From positions 1,824,001 through 1,888,000 of the forward strand of contig OZ245002.1 of assembly GCA_965223415.1 (NCBI GenBank): a stretch of 64,000 bases of DNA, given 5' to 3'. This document shows, piece after piece, positions 42,029 through 51,378 of this stretch. The position numbers and the translations under genes were made by a program. Each line of letters starts with the position of its first letter. The stretch's first letter is position 1. This DNA is from Myxococcota bacterium. Lineage in GTDB: Bacteria > Myxococcota_A > UBA9160 > UBA6930. The notes below the pieces were generated by a model that was given only the letters and a program-made list of their open reading frames with translations, was not told the DNA's origin and did not search any database.

Positions 42029-44824
42029 TCAAAGGGATAGAGCGGGGCGGTTGTGCTTGCGAAGGATCTCAGGCAGGTCGGAGGCCCGGAAGGAGACGTC
42101 CCAGGCCCAGCGGCCGAAACCGCCGTGCTCGTTGACGGCCTCGGCCCACTCGGCCAGGTAGCTGCGCTTGGTGCGCTCCTTCGGGGCGTCCTGGCCCTTC
42201 ACCTCGAGCACGAGCTTGGTGCCGTGGGTGAGCTGGATCAGGAAATCGGGCCGGTACTTGTGGACGCCACCCTGCCAGACGTAGACGACCTCGAAGCCGA
42301 GGTGGTCGTTCTTGACCCAGGTGGCGACGTTGTCGTCGTGATCCAGGGTGAAGGCCTCGGCCGCCTCCCAGGTGCTGTCGTAGACGCAGAAGTTGATGTG
42401 GGAGCGCTTGGTGTGCTCGCAGGGCTTGGCGGTGTACCAGGCGGGCATGTCCCCCGTGCTCCGCAAGGGGCGCTCGCGGTCCAGCACCAGGCGCCGTTCG
42501 ACGGCGTTCTCCGGGCGGATCCGGTCGAAGAGGTGCTGGACGATGCGGTTCATGTTGAGGGCCAGGAGCACCCGGCGCCGGAGAGGATCCTGGTCAAAGA
42601 TGGGCGGCTCGATTTGGACGCGCCGAGCCTCCAAGAAGCGCTGGACGATGCCGACGAGCTGGCCCAGCAGAGCCTCGCGGCCCCCCTGCCATCCAGGCTC
42701 GATCCGGTCGTACTCCTCTGCGGCGATCCGGAAGGCCAGGGTCTGGAGGCGATAGCGGCGGCCCAGGTCTTCGAGGTCAATCTTGGAGATCTTCGAGACG
42801 TCGGGCTTGCCCTCGACGGTGGGGGCCATCTCCACGAGCGTCGGGGTCTCGTAGGCGTCGAGCTTCAGTAGCGGGACGTCCTTCGGGTCGAGGACGAGTT
42901 TCTGGCCGTAGACCTGGTCGATGCGCACCACGTTCGGCCAGGAGATCTCGAACTCCTTCTTCTCCGGATCGGGCTCGACGCGAACCTTCGGCTTCTCGGG
43001 CGGCGGGGGCGTGGCATCCCCTCCCTCGTGGGGGAGGAAGGTGAAGGGCACCCCGAAGATGTTCACGTACTCGGGCCGGAAGAGGCCGTCGTCGCCCTGC
43101 TCGTAGGACGTGCGCCGCAGGCCTCGGCCGACCACCTGCTCGCAGAGCAGCTGGCTCGTGAAGGCGCGGAGGCCCAGGATGTGGGTCACGGTCTTGGCGT
43201 CCCAACCCTCGGAGAGCATCCCCACGGAGATCACCTTGCGGACCTGGGCGCCGAGCTTGCCGGGCTGGCCCACGGTGTCCACCGTCCCGCGCAGCAGCTC
43301 GGCGAGCTCGTCCTTGGTGAGCTTCTTCTTCGGCCCCTCGTCACCTTCCTCACTGGCCGGCGGGTCGTCTGCCGAGACCGGCTCCTCTTGCGCCTCGGCC
43401 TTCTCCAGCACCTTCGAGTCGATGTGGAGCGTGGTGTCGGGGTTGCAGAGCCCGGGGATGTCGATGCGTCCCCGGTCGAAGGCGTACTTGATCCGGGCGG
43501 CCGTCTCGGTCCGGTTGGCCACCGTGATCATCACCGGCGGGGTCGGAGCGCCGTCCGCCTCCCAGCGTTCGAAGGTCTCCTCCCAGTCGCGGCCGAGCAG
43601 GTAGTAGGCCGTGGTCACAAGGTCCGGGAGGTTCTCGTGGGGCTCGGCCTTGCGATTCAGGTCGTCGGCCACGTGCGGGTAGATGTGGAAAAGCTTCGGG
43701 CGGTAGGTCTGGGCGTCGAGTTCGCCCCATGAGCGCACGACCACGCGCGGCGTCTTCACCAGCCCGGACTCGATCGCGTCCGACAGACCGAAGTCGCTCA
43801 CGATCCACGAGAAGAGCGACTCCTCGGCGGCGCGCTTGCCGGTCGGGGTGAAGGGTGTGGCCGAGAAGTCGTAGCAGCCAAGGATCCCCCGGGCACGGTG
43901 GATGCGGTCCAAGCCGCCGACCCACTTGGTGGCCTCCTCGCGCTCAGCCTTGGTGGCCTTCACCGCCTCCCCGGCCGGAAGGCGCCAGGCGTGGTGGGCC
44001 TCGTCGTTCAAGACGAGCAGGTTGTGCGCGCCCGCCAGGTCGCCCAGCACCGCGCGTACGTAGGCCTCGTCGCTCTTCGGCCCCCGCTTGTCCACGCTGC
44101 GCTTCTTGGAGATCTGCTCGGCGCTCTGCCAGTCGAGCTTGTGCCAGTTGATGACCCGCACCTTGCCCTGGCGGAGCTTCTCCCTGAGGGCGGGCGGCAC
44201 CACGTCGAATCGGTCGTAGTAGTTGTCGGGGTCCTCGGGTTTCAAGACCTCCAGGCGGTTGCGGACGGTGAGCCCCGGCGCGACTACGAGGACGCTCCTG
44301 GCGAAGCGGCGATCCTGGGGGTTCGCCACCTTATTGAGCACGTGCCAAGCCACCACCATGGCCATGACGATGGTCTTGCCGCTGCCGGTCGCCATCTTGG
44401 CGCACAGGCGCGAGAAGCCGCCGCCGTCGCCGTCGATCTCGATGCCCTGCCGGTCCGCCGCGGGGGCCTCGGTGAGCCAGATCAGGGTCTCCACCGCCTC
44501 CAGCTGACAAAAGAAGAAGCGGCGGCTCTCGAAGGTCTCCGGATCCTGCCAGTGTTCAAGGAGGCGCTTCGTGATGCCCGAGACGCCGGGATACCCAGCC
44601 GCCCGCCAAGCCGCTACGCGGGGGCGGATCTGGTTCACGAGCGGCAGCTCGATGAAGGTTCCCGGGTCCTGGAAGGAGTCGAGGCCCGGCGTGGCCACCA
44701 CGTAGCCCGCCGGTCGCCGGCCCGCGACGCGCTGGAACTTCTTCGCCTCGTGGACGTAGCCCCAGTGCTCCTTGGGCTCGTCGAAGGGCGTGTTGATGAT
44801 AAGGTGGTCGATGCCTTCGGCCAC
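42029..44824 (-). CDS. res: type III restriction enzyme Res subunit
   Basis: KMATGSGKT, DEAHH, EGWD, QVVGRGLR, C-terminal YRPDF...LEVKG. Confidence 0.9.
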   Translation of the reverse strand: MAEGIDHLIINTPFDEPKEHWGYVHEAKKFQRVAGRRPAGYVVATPGLDSFQDPGTFIELPLVNQIRPRVAAWRAAGYPGVSGITKRLLEHWQDPETFESRRFFFCQLEAVETLIWLTEAPAADRQGIEIDGDGGGFSRLCAKMATGSGKTIVMAMVVAWHVLNKVANPQDRRFARSVLVVAPGLTVRNRLEVLKPEDPDNYYDRFDVVPPALREKLRQGKVRVINWHKLDWQSAEQISKKRSVDKRGPKSDEAYVRAVLGDLAGAHNLLVLNDEAHHAWRLPAGEAVKATKAEREEATKWVGGLDRIHRARGILGCYDFSATPFTPTGKRAAEESLFSWIVSDFGLSDAIESGLVKTPRVVVRSWGELDAQTYRPKLFHIYPHVADDLNRKAEPHENLPDLVTTAYYLLGRDWEETFERWEADGAPTPPVMITVANRTETAARIKYAFDRGRIDIPGLCNPDTTLHIDSKVLEKAEAQEEPVSADDPPASEEGDEGPKKKLTKDELAELLRGTVDTVGQPGKLGAQVRKVISVGMLSEGWDAKTVTHILGLRAFTSQLLCEQVVGRGLRRTSYEQGDDGLFRPEYVNIFGVPFTFLPHEGGDATPPPPEKPKVRVEPDPEKKEFEISWPNVVRIDQVYGQKLVLDPKDVPLLKLDAYETPTLVEMAPTVEGKPDVSKISKIDLEDLGRRYRLQTLAFRIAAEEYDRIEPGWQGGREALLGQLVGIVQRFLEARRVQIEPPIFDQDPLRRRVLLALNMNRIVQHLFDRIRPENAVERRLVLDRERPLRSTGDMPAWYTAKPCEHTKRSHINFCVYDSTWEAAEAFTLDHDDNVATWVKNDHLGFEVVYVWQGGVHKYRPDFLIQLTHGTKLVLEVKGQDAPKERTKRSYLAEWAEAVNEHGGFGRWAWDVSFRASDLPEILRKHNRPALSL

Positions 44825-44831
44825 GGTGCCC

Positions 44832-47525
44832 TCAGTCCAGCGGGATCACGCGGAGGGACTCGATCCCTCGGTCGTCCACGATCTTGACCGCGATGCGTCC
44901 GTGGGCGCCCTTGGCGAAGGGCAGCGACACGGTGCCCCGGTACGCCTCAATGGCCTCCTCGTCGATCTCCGCCTTCAGACTTCGGGCTATCCGCGCCCAG
45001 CCGTCCTTGGGCCCCGCCATGGGAAAGAACATCTGGCGCGGGTAGAGGCTGCGGCCGTCGTAGTCGGTATCGAGCATCCAGAGCGCGATCTTGGCCACGT
45101 CGCCGCTGTCGAGCTTGCCAGTCCGCGTGTCGTAGTAGTCGAAGCCGTGGATCTCCACCTCGAGTAGGCCCTTGTGCTCATACTCAGCCGCGTTCCGCAC
45201 CTCGACGTCCGGCTGGCCGACCAGCCAGAAGGACTCGTTGCTGGCGCGCTTCTTCTTCAGGTCCTCCGTGAGAAGATCCGGGTTCATCTGCGCCTTGAGG
45301 AGCGTCATCCCCACCTTCGAAGGAGTCAGCTCGTCGATGTCCTTGGCTGCCTCCGGGTCGAACTGGAAGGCGGCGAAGACCAGGAGCCCCGGCTTGGGCG
45401 CGAGCGTCCGCGCCTCTTCCCAAGCGGACTCCACCGCCCGTTGCTCCAGTGGCGCGTGCTCGGGACCGAAGTGGATCACTACGCGCTCCGGCTTGCCCTC
45501 CTCGCCCGGATCGGTCTCCGCCTCGGCGTGAAGCCAGCGTGTCCCCTGGAGGGGCTCGACGCGAGTGAAGCGGATGCGCTGCCCGGTGCGGCCCCGGATC
45601 CCGGTCTTGAGCAGCTCCTCCCGCCACTCGGCGTGGCGCAGGGTCTCGCCCTGGCGCGCCACCGAGGAGTCTGCCGGCGCGGGTGCCCCCTCGGAAGCCG
45701 CCTCGGCCGCGGCCTCTACTGCGGCCTCATCCACGGGCTTCACCACCGGCGCGGGGACAGCCTCCACGGTGAAGGGCCCTGCGATCCGTGCCTTACTCTT
45801 GTCGACGAGCGGCTGGTCGTAAAGGGTCTCTTGGTCCGCGTACTTGGCGATCGCCGCATCGATCTCCTCGCGGCTCATGCCCTCAGTGATCTCTGGATTG
45901 TTGGCGATGCTTTTCAGGGTGATGTGGGGAACAGTCTTGTATACGAAACCGCTCCCGACGCCTTCGTCAGGGTGTTTCAGCTCATAGAAGTCGTACAGAG
46001 CCGTCGCCAAGCGCTGCTTCGCCAGAGCAGTGGCGACTCTCGAGGTGTCGCACGTGGCCCAGCGCCGACCCCATTGTTCGGCCACGTAAGCCGTGGTTCC
46101 GGAGCCGCAAGTAGGATCGAAGACGAGGTCACCGGGGTCCGTTGTCATGAGGACGCAACGCGCGATGACCTTCGTGACGGTCTGAACAACGTAAACGTTC
46201 GGCTCGAGAAAACTCCCAGCGCCGGTATCCGTCCAGACGTTTGTGAGCGGAAGGACGGGGAAATCCGCGAGATAGCGAACGTAACGAAGCGAATTGGTGG
46301 TCGGATGTAGTCGCCCAGCAGCGGAGAGCCTGTCAAGCCCCTCAGGATTGGTCGTCTTCCAGCGCTGGTTGTACTTCTTGCCCGCGTGGGTGTACTCGGA
46401 GCGCGGGTTCTCAGATTCGAGAGACGTCGGTTGAAAAACCCTCGCGCCATGGGGGATTCCCGAAGGACCCTCACGCTCCGTGGCTGCCATCGGCCTGCGG
46501 TGACCGCCAACCTCGAGATACCGATAGCCCGAATCACCGCCAGTGCGCTTCTCGAAGTACAGCTGATTGAACTTCACCTTCCTGGCATCGCGGGCGTACC
46601 AGATCAAGAAGTCAGACGTACCGGGAAGCAACGATTGCGAAAGGCCTCCGGTCTTCTGAACGACGATGACCTTCACGAAATTCTTGTAGCCGAAGACCTC
46701 ATCGAGAAGCTCTCTCACGTGGTGCAGGTTCTCATCGCTGATCTGAACGAAGCAGCTACCACTTTCGTGGAGAAGGTCCCTAGCCAGTAGCAGCCGGTCG
46801 CGGAGGTACGTAAGGTACGAATGGAGGCCCAACTCCCAGGTGTCGCGGAAGGCCCGGATGGTTTCCGGCTCTTGGGTCAAATCCTCATCCTTCCCGTCCT
46901 TCACTACCCGGCGGTTCACAAAGGGCTGGAAATTGCTCCCGTACCGGATGCCGTAGGGCGGGTCGATGTAGATCATCTGAACCTTGCCGCCCATGCCCTC
47001 CTTCTCGAGCAGCGAACTCATGACGAGGAGCGAATCACCGGCAATCAGGCGGTTGGTCCAGCCATGGGGGTGCTTGTAGAACTCGAGGGCCTCGCGAAGG
47101 GGTGGATTCTCCTCGGGCTTCTCGAAGAGCGCGAGCTGGCTGGGGCCGGTCTGCGAGGCCCCGCCGCCGCCCGCCGGATAGGCGCCGTTCCGCTTGCGCA
47201 CAGCGGACAGGATGGTCTTCGGGTCCATGCGCTCGTGGACGTGGAGCGAGACCGTGGGGACCTCGAAGCTCGTGTGCTCCGCCTTCCCAGCCCACTGGAG
47301 CGAGGGGTCGAGATGCGGGTCGTAGGCGTAGGCCTTGCGGGCGGGCTCCGGCGGGTCGGTCTCCGGAGTGACCAGGCCGACCGGCGGGTTGTTGGCCCGC
47401 TTCTCGTGCGTGTGCTGGTACTGCTCGATGGGCTTCTTGCCGCCGGCCGCCTTCTTGCGGCGGCCGCCGCTGGCCTTCCGGGTTCCGGTCGCCTTGCCTC
47501 CGCCGGTCTTCTTGCGCGCCGCCAT
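44832..47525 (-). CDS. mod: type III DNA methyltransferase Mod subunit
   Basis: ATG 47525; IYIDPPY, DPTCGSGTT, C-terminal IAVKIVDDRGIE. Confidence 0.9.
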   Translation of the reverse strand: MAARKKTGGGKATGTRKASGGRRKKAAGGKKPIEQYQHTHEKRANNPPVGLVTPETDPPEPARKAYAYDPHLDPSLQWAGKAEHTSFEVPTVSLHVHERMDPKTILSAVRKRNGAYPAGGGGASQTGPSQLALFEKPEENPPLREALEFYKHPHGWTNRLIAGDSLLVMSSLLEKEGMGGKVQMIYIDPPYGIRYGSNFQPFVNRRVVKDGKDEDLTQEPETIRAFRDTWELGLHSYLTYLRDRLLLARDLLHESGSCFVQISDENLHHVRELLDEVFGYKNFVKVIVVQKTGGLSQSLLPGTSDFLIWYARDARKVKFNQLYFEKRTGGDSGYRYLEVGGHRRPMAATEREGPSGIPHGARVFQPTSLESENPRSEYTHAGKKYNQRWKTTNPEGLDRLSAAGRLHPTTNSLRYVRYLADFPVLPLTNVWTDTGAGSFLEPNVYVVQTVTKVIARCVLMTTDPGDLVFDPTCGSGTTAYVAEQWGRRWATCDTSRVATALAKQRLATALYDFYELKHPDEGVGSGFVYKTVPHITLKSIANNPEITEGMSREEIDAAIAKYADQETLYDQPLVDKSKARIAGPFTVEAVPAPVVKPVDEAAVEAAAEAASEGAPAPADSSVARQGETLRHAEWREELLKTGIRGRTGQRIRFTRVEPLQGTRWLHAEAETDPGEEGKPERVVIHFGPEHAPLEQRAVESAWEEARTLAPKPGLLVFAAFQFDPEAAKDIDELTPSKVGMTLLKAQMNPDLLTEDLKKKRASNESFWLVGQPDVEVRNAAEYEHKGLLEVEIHGFDYYDTRTGKLDSGDVAKIALWMLDTDYDGRSLYPRQMFFPMAGPKDGWARIARSLKAEIDEEAIEAYRGTVSLPFAKGAHGRIAVKIVDDRGIESLRVIPLD

Positions 47526-47711
47526 CGGTCCCCCGTCTGCTCTCCGCGGGCCATTGTACCGCCCACGGGTGTGAAACTGCTGAGAACCTGGGGGACAGGC
47601 CACCGCCACGGCCTGGAATGCGTCCTGGTTCTGCGAGCGGATCGCCAGCCTAGGGCCCCTCAGCTTGCTCGGACCCACCGCCTGGTTCTCGCCGCAAGAT
47701 AGAATGCTCGC

Positions 47712-48644
47712 ATGCCCAGCGGTGATCTGGACATGCGCGTGCGGCTCGCGGCGTTCGAGTACCTCAGCGAGCTAGTGCGAATCCATGGCGAGGTGGTACC
47801 CGCTGGAGCGTTGCGCCAGGGATTCGAATACCAGGGACAACGCGTCCCGCTGAAGGGAATCCAAGGGATCTTCAAGCCTGCCGTGCTGCCTGAGCTCCCG
47901 CTTTCCATCACGACGGCGCCACCGGACCCTCGCCGGCCGGCGCCATATGACGACGGATTCACAGCTGATGGCTCGCTGCTCCTGTACCGCTACCGGGGCA
48001 CCGATCCTCAGCACCACGAAAACGTCGGCCTGCGGCGGGCCATGCAGGCGCGCCGACCTCTCGTCTACTTCCACGGGGTGGTGAAGGGGGAGTACTTCGC
48101 GGCCTGGCCGGTGTATGTGGTGGGCGACGAACCGGGGGCCCTGCGGTTCCAGGTGGCAGTGGATGACGCCCACTACCTGAGCGAGGGCTTGGAGGCGGTC
48201 GGTGAGGGTGGCGAGGAAGCCCGCAGGGGTTACATCACGGTCACGACCCGCCAGCGGCTCCACCAGCGCTCCTTCCGGCTACGGGTCCTGCGGGCATATC
48301 GCGAGCGCTGCGCCCTCTGCCGGCTGCAGCATCAGCAGCTTCTCGATGCAGCGCACATCATGCCCGACGCTGATCCTCTCGGAGCTCCGGTCGTCCCCAA
48401 CGGCCTGGCCCTCTGCAAACTGCACCACGCCGCCTTTGACCAGAACTTCATCGGGATCCGGCCCGACCTGGTCGTTCAGGTTCGCCGGGACATCCTCGAC
48501 GAGGAGGACGGCCCGATGCTGATTCACGGCCTGCAGGGTTTCCACGAGCGCCGGATCCTCGTCCCCCGCCGTGCCGAGGAGCGCCCGCAACCGCAACTGC
48601 TCGAGGAGCGCTACCGCAGGTTTCTGGCCGCCTCTCCCGGCTAG
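47712..48644 (+). CDS. HNH endonuclease with an SRA-like N-terminus (putative modification-dependent restriction enzyme)
   Basis: CALC...LDAAHI...NGLALCKLHHAAFD; N-terminal YDD...YRYRG...ENVGL...PLVYF. Confidence 0.8.
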   Translation: MPSGDLDMRVRLAAFEYLSELVRIHGEVVPAGALRQGFEYQGQRVPLKGIQGIFKPAVLPELPLSITTAPPDPRRPAPYDDGFTADGSLLLYRYRGTDPQHHENVGLRRAMQARRPLVYFHGVVKGEYFAAWPVYVVGDEPGALRFQVAVDDAHYLSEGLEAVGEGGEEARRGYITVTTRQRLHQRSFRLRVLRAYRERCALCRLQHQQLLDAAHIMPDADPLGAPVVPNGLALCKLHHAAFDQNFIGIRPDLVVQVRRDILDEEDGPMLIHGLQGFHERRILVPRRAEERPQPQLLEERYRRFLAASPG

Positions 48645-49377
48645 GGCGACGCCAGCGCGGGCGAGAACCGAAATCGACGGGACGTAGCCAGACCGCGTCT
48701 CGGCCGAGATTGGAGGTAAGTCAGTCGCGACTTGCCGATGTAGGAACCCTTCGACGAAATCGTTGTCGAACCAAGCGGTTCGCCGGAAGTTGACTTGCTC
48801 TTATCTTGCTGAATGCCGATCCCGGCAGTGGTCTGGGGCTACGGCAAGATAAGAGTGGCCCAACGGGCGGCGAAGTCCTTGACCCCGCGTTGGATTTCGT
48901 GGGCCACTCGCTGCGGAGTGGGCCACTTCGGCCCACACGCGGAACGCGCCCGAACCGCACTACTTCGTTGCAGTCGAACCGCAAAGAGGGCGCCGGTAGA
49001 GCCGCGCCATCGCAGCCGATCGACACGCGGTTGGCATCTGTCGCTACCGCACGACGACAGGCTCGCACGCAGCACTCGGCACTGATCTTGTGTGGCGGGC
49101 ACGCACTGGTGGTCGCTGGCTCCCGACGGAGAGCCAGTCGAGCGCGCCGCCACTACGGCGTCTGAGCGGTAGCCACGACGGCACGAGCACTTGCGCGGCG
49201 AGCGCCCGGCTGGCCGCAACGGCACGGCTCTTGCTCTCTCCCTCCACACCTCCCCCGGATGCGGGGGAAGTGTGGAGGCAACAGCCAGCAAGCAGCGAGG
49301 GGATGCCTGAGATGGCGTCGGCTGCCTTGCTGCTCTCCAGCCGGAAGGGCGTCTCCCCTGCGGTACGATGGCAGCTC

Positions 49378-51378
49378 GTGGCGAAGCTCGGGTGCATCCG
49401 GAGCCGCAGGCGCGGCAAGAAGGGCGTTCGGGAGTTCTACCTGGACTTCCGGCCGGTGGGGCGCGTGTGGACGAACCACGGGGTCAGGATGACGGACGAG
49501 GCCACGGCGCGGCGGCTGCTCGAGAAGATCCGCGACCAGGTGGCCGAGGACGTGTCGCTCGAGGAGGTGCTGGCGCGCTACCAGCCGGCCAGCGCACCGA
49601 CCAACCTGGTGCCAACCTGGCTCGAGCGCTGGATCGAGCTCCGCCGCCGCGAGATGGCGGCCGGCTCGCTGTCGCCGAACTTCGTCCGGGAGCTGGAGCG
49701 CTTGGCCGCGCCCGGCGGCCACTTCTCGTTCTTCGACCGGGTGTCGATCCACGAAGTGACGTACGGGCTGCTCGAGGACTGGAGCCTCTGGCTCGCGGAC
49801 CGCGGGCAGAGCCCGAAGTCGCGCCGGAACTACCTGGGCTACATGCGCTCCTTCCTGCGCTGGCTGGAGCTCCGGGGCGAGATCCCGAAGGCACCCCGCG
49901 TACCGTCGGTGCGCGTCGAGGAGCACGAGCCCCGCATCCTCTCCGTCGCCGACCAGGACCTCGTCCTGGCCCACATCCCCGAGGCCGAGCGCGGGATCTT
50001 CCTCGCCCTGGCGCACCTGGGGCTGCGGCCGGGCGAGGCGCGGGCGCTCCAGGTCGCCGACTACCGGGACGGCTGGCTGCACGTGGACAAGGCCGCCAAG
50101 TCGAAGTCGGTGAGCGCGGAGATCCGCGGCACGAAGACGGGCAAGCCGAAGCGGCTCCCGGTAAGCGAAGAGCTGACAGAGTGGATCGCGCGCCACGTGA
50201 ATCCCGCTGGCCGCTTCTCCGCCGCGCCCCTCTTCCCGAACCCACGCACCGGCCGGATGTGGCCGCACAAGGCGCTGGCGCGCATCTGGAACCGTGCGCT
50301 GGAAGACGCCGAGCTCCCGCACGTCTCGCTCTACGAGGGCACGAAGCACTCGATGGCGACCGACGCGATCCGCCGCGGCGTCCCCGAGCGTGCCCTCCAG
50401 CGCTTCCTCGGCCACGCCTCGGTTCAGTCCACCCGCCGCTACGCCCGCCTCGCCGACAACGCGCTCATCGAGGTCCTACGCCCCGCATCCCGGCGCGACG
50501 ACGGACTTGGCGACAAGTTGGCGACAAGGGTTCCCGAACCGAAGCTGAGAAGAGACAAGGACTTGCGCGTGGGCCCTCCTGGATTCGAACCAGGGCCCCT
50601 ACTCGATCGCCAGAACCTTCACCTCGAACTCCAACGCCTGCCCCGCCAACGGGTGGTTGAGATCCAGCACGATCTCCTCCCCCTTCACCTCATGCACCCG
50701 CACCGGCCGCTTGCTCCCATCCGCCGCCTGCGCCACGAGCTGAGCCCCAGCCTCACGCGCCCCTTCCGGGATCTCCGCGGCAGGCACAGTCCGGAACAGC
50801 TCCGAGTTCACCTCGCCGTACCCCTCGGCGGCGGTCAGCGAGACATTCTTCTCGTCGCCGACCTTCATGCCGAGGAGCTCCTTCTCCAGCTCGGGGAGGA
50901 TCTGGCTCGAGCCCTGCTCGTAGGTGAGGGCTTCGCCGCCGACGTTGGTGTCGGCGACGGTACCGTCGGTGAGCTTCAGGCTGTATTCGATCGAGACGCG
51001 GTTTCCATCGCTGATCACGGCAGGCTTGTCCCCTTCCTGGGCGTGGGCCTGGCCGAGTGCCAGCATCAATACACACAGGAAGAGGGTCATCCCCGTCGTC
51101 GCACGGGACGTGGAGGGCACGGCGGGCTCCCGGTTCGTGGGGACGCGGGGGTCCCCGTGATTTCCGCGGCGACGGCCTCCGGACCTCTTCCGGGGCATCG
51201 TCGCTGGAACCGAAGCGTCCGGGCGCGCCTTCGCGGGCTCGTGCGAGCGAGAACGATCGGATCCGGCGAGGGTAGCAATCGGCGGGCAGTGCGCTGGAGC
51301 CGCTCGCGGCCGGGGCGGGGAGGTGGGCCCTGCACGATTCGAACGTGCGACCCTCCGGTTATGAGCCGGGTGCTCTAA
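49378..51378 (+). CDS. int: tyrosine recombinase/integrase; catalytic core ends ~50490 and the ORF reads through the att site
   Basis: GLRPGE, TKTG, YEGTKHS, LGHASVQSTRRY; start estimated (GTG 49378); no in-frame stop before 51378. Confidence 0.85.
   Translation: MAKLGCIRSRRRGKKGVREFYLDFRPVGRVWTNHGVRMTDEATARRLLEKIRDQVAEDVSLEEVLARYQPASAPTNLVPTWLERWIELRRREMAAGSLSPNFVRELERLAAPGGHFSFFDRVSIHEVTYGLLEDWSLWLADRGQSPKSRRNYLGYMRSFLRWLELRGEIPKAPRVPSVRVEEHEPRILSVADQDLVLAHIPEAERGIFLALAHLGLRPGEARALQVADYRDGWLHVDKAAKSKSVSAEIRGTKTGKPKRLPVSEELTEWIARHVNPAGRFSAAPLFPNPRTGRMWPHKALARIWNRALEDAELPHVSLYEGTKHSMATDAIRRGVPERALQRFLGHASVQSTRRYARLADNALIEVLRPASRRDDGLGDKLATRVPEPKLRRDKDLRVGPPGFEPGPLLDRQNLHLELQRLPRQRVVEIQHDLLPLHLMHPHRPLAPIRRLRHELSPSLTRPFRDLRGRHSPEQLRVHLAVPLGGGQRDILLVADLHAEELLLQLGEDLARALLVGEGFAADVGVGDGTVGELQAVFDRDAVSIADHGRLVPFLGVGLAECQHQYTQEEGHPRRRTGRGGHGGLPVRGDAGVPVISAATASGPLPGHRRWNRSVRARLRGLVRARTIGSGEGSNRRAVRWSRSRPGRGGGPCTIRTCDPPVMSRVL
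50507..50528 (+). repeat. tandem 11-bp direct repeat, candidate integrase arm-type sites
   Basis: TTGGCGACAAG twice, ~40 bp from the tRNA fragment. Confidence 0.6.
50570..50600 (-). other. tRNA 3' fragment (att-like site)
   Basis: Reverse complement AGGGGC-CCTGG-TTCGAAT-CCAGG-AGGGCCCA: complete T-arm plus the same acceptor 3' strand as the nearby tRNA. Confidence 0.8.
50599..51090 (-). CDS. SlyD/SlpA-type FKBP peptidyl-prolyl isomerase with signal peptide
   Basis: ATG 51090; AHA cleavage site; VSIEYSL, GMKVG, AEGYG, DLNHPLAG. Confidence 0.88.
   Translation of the reverse strand: MTLFLCVLMLALGQAHAQEGDKPAVISDGNRVSIEYSLKLTDGTVADTNVGGEALTYEQGSSQILPELEKELLGMKVGDEKNVSLTAAEGYGEVNSELFRTVPAAEIPEGAREAGAQLVAQAADGSKRPVRVHEVKGEEIVLDLNHPLAGQALEFEVKVLAIE

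Noticed and set aside
49090..51378. 762-aa integrase as a true multidomain protein
   Set aside because: The C-terminal third is the antisense of the FKBP gene and the N-terminal extension crosses hairpin DNA; only the core is supported.
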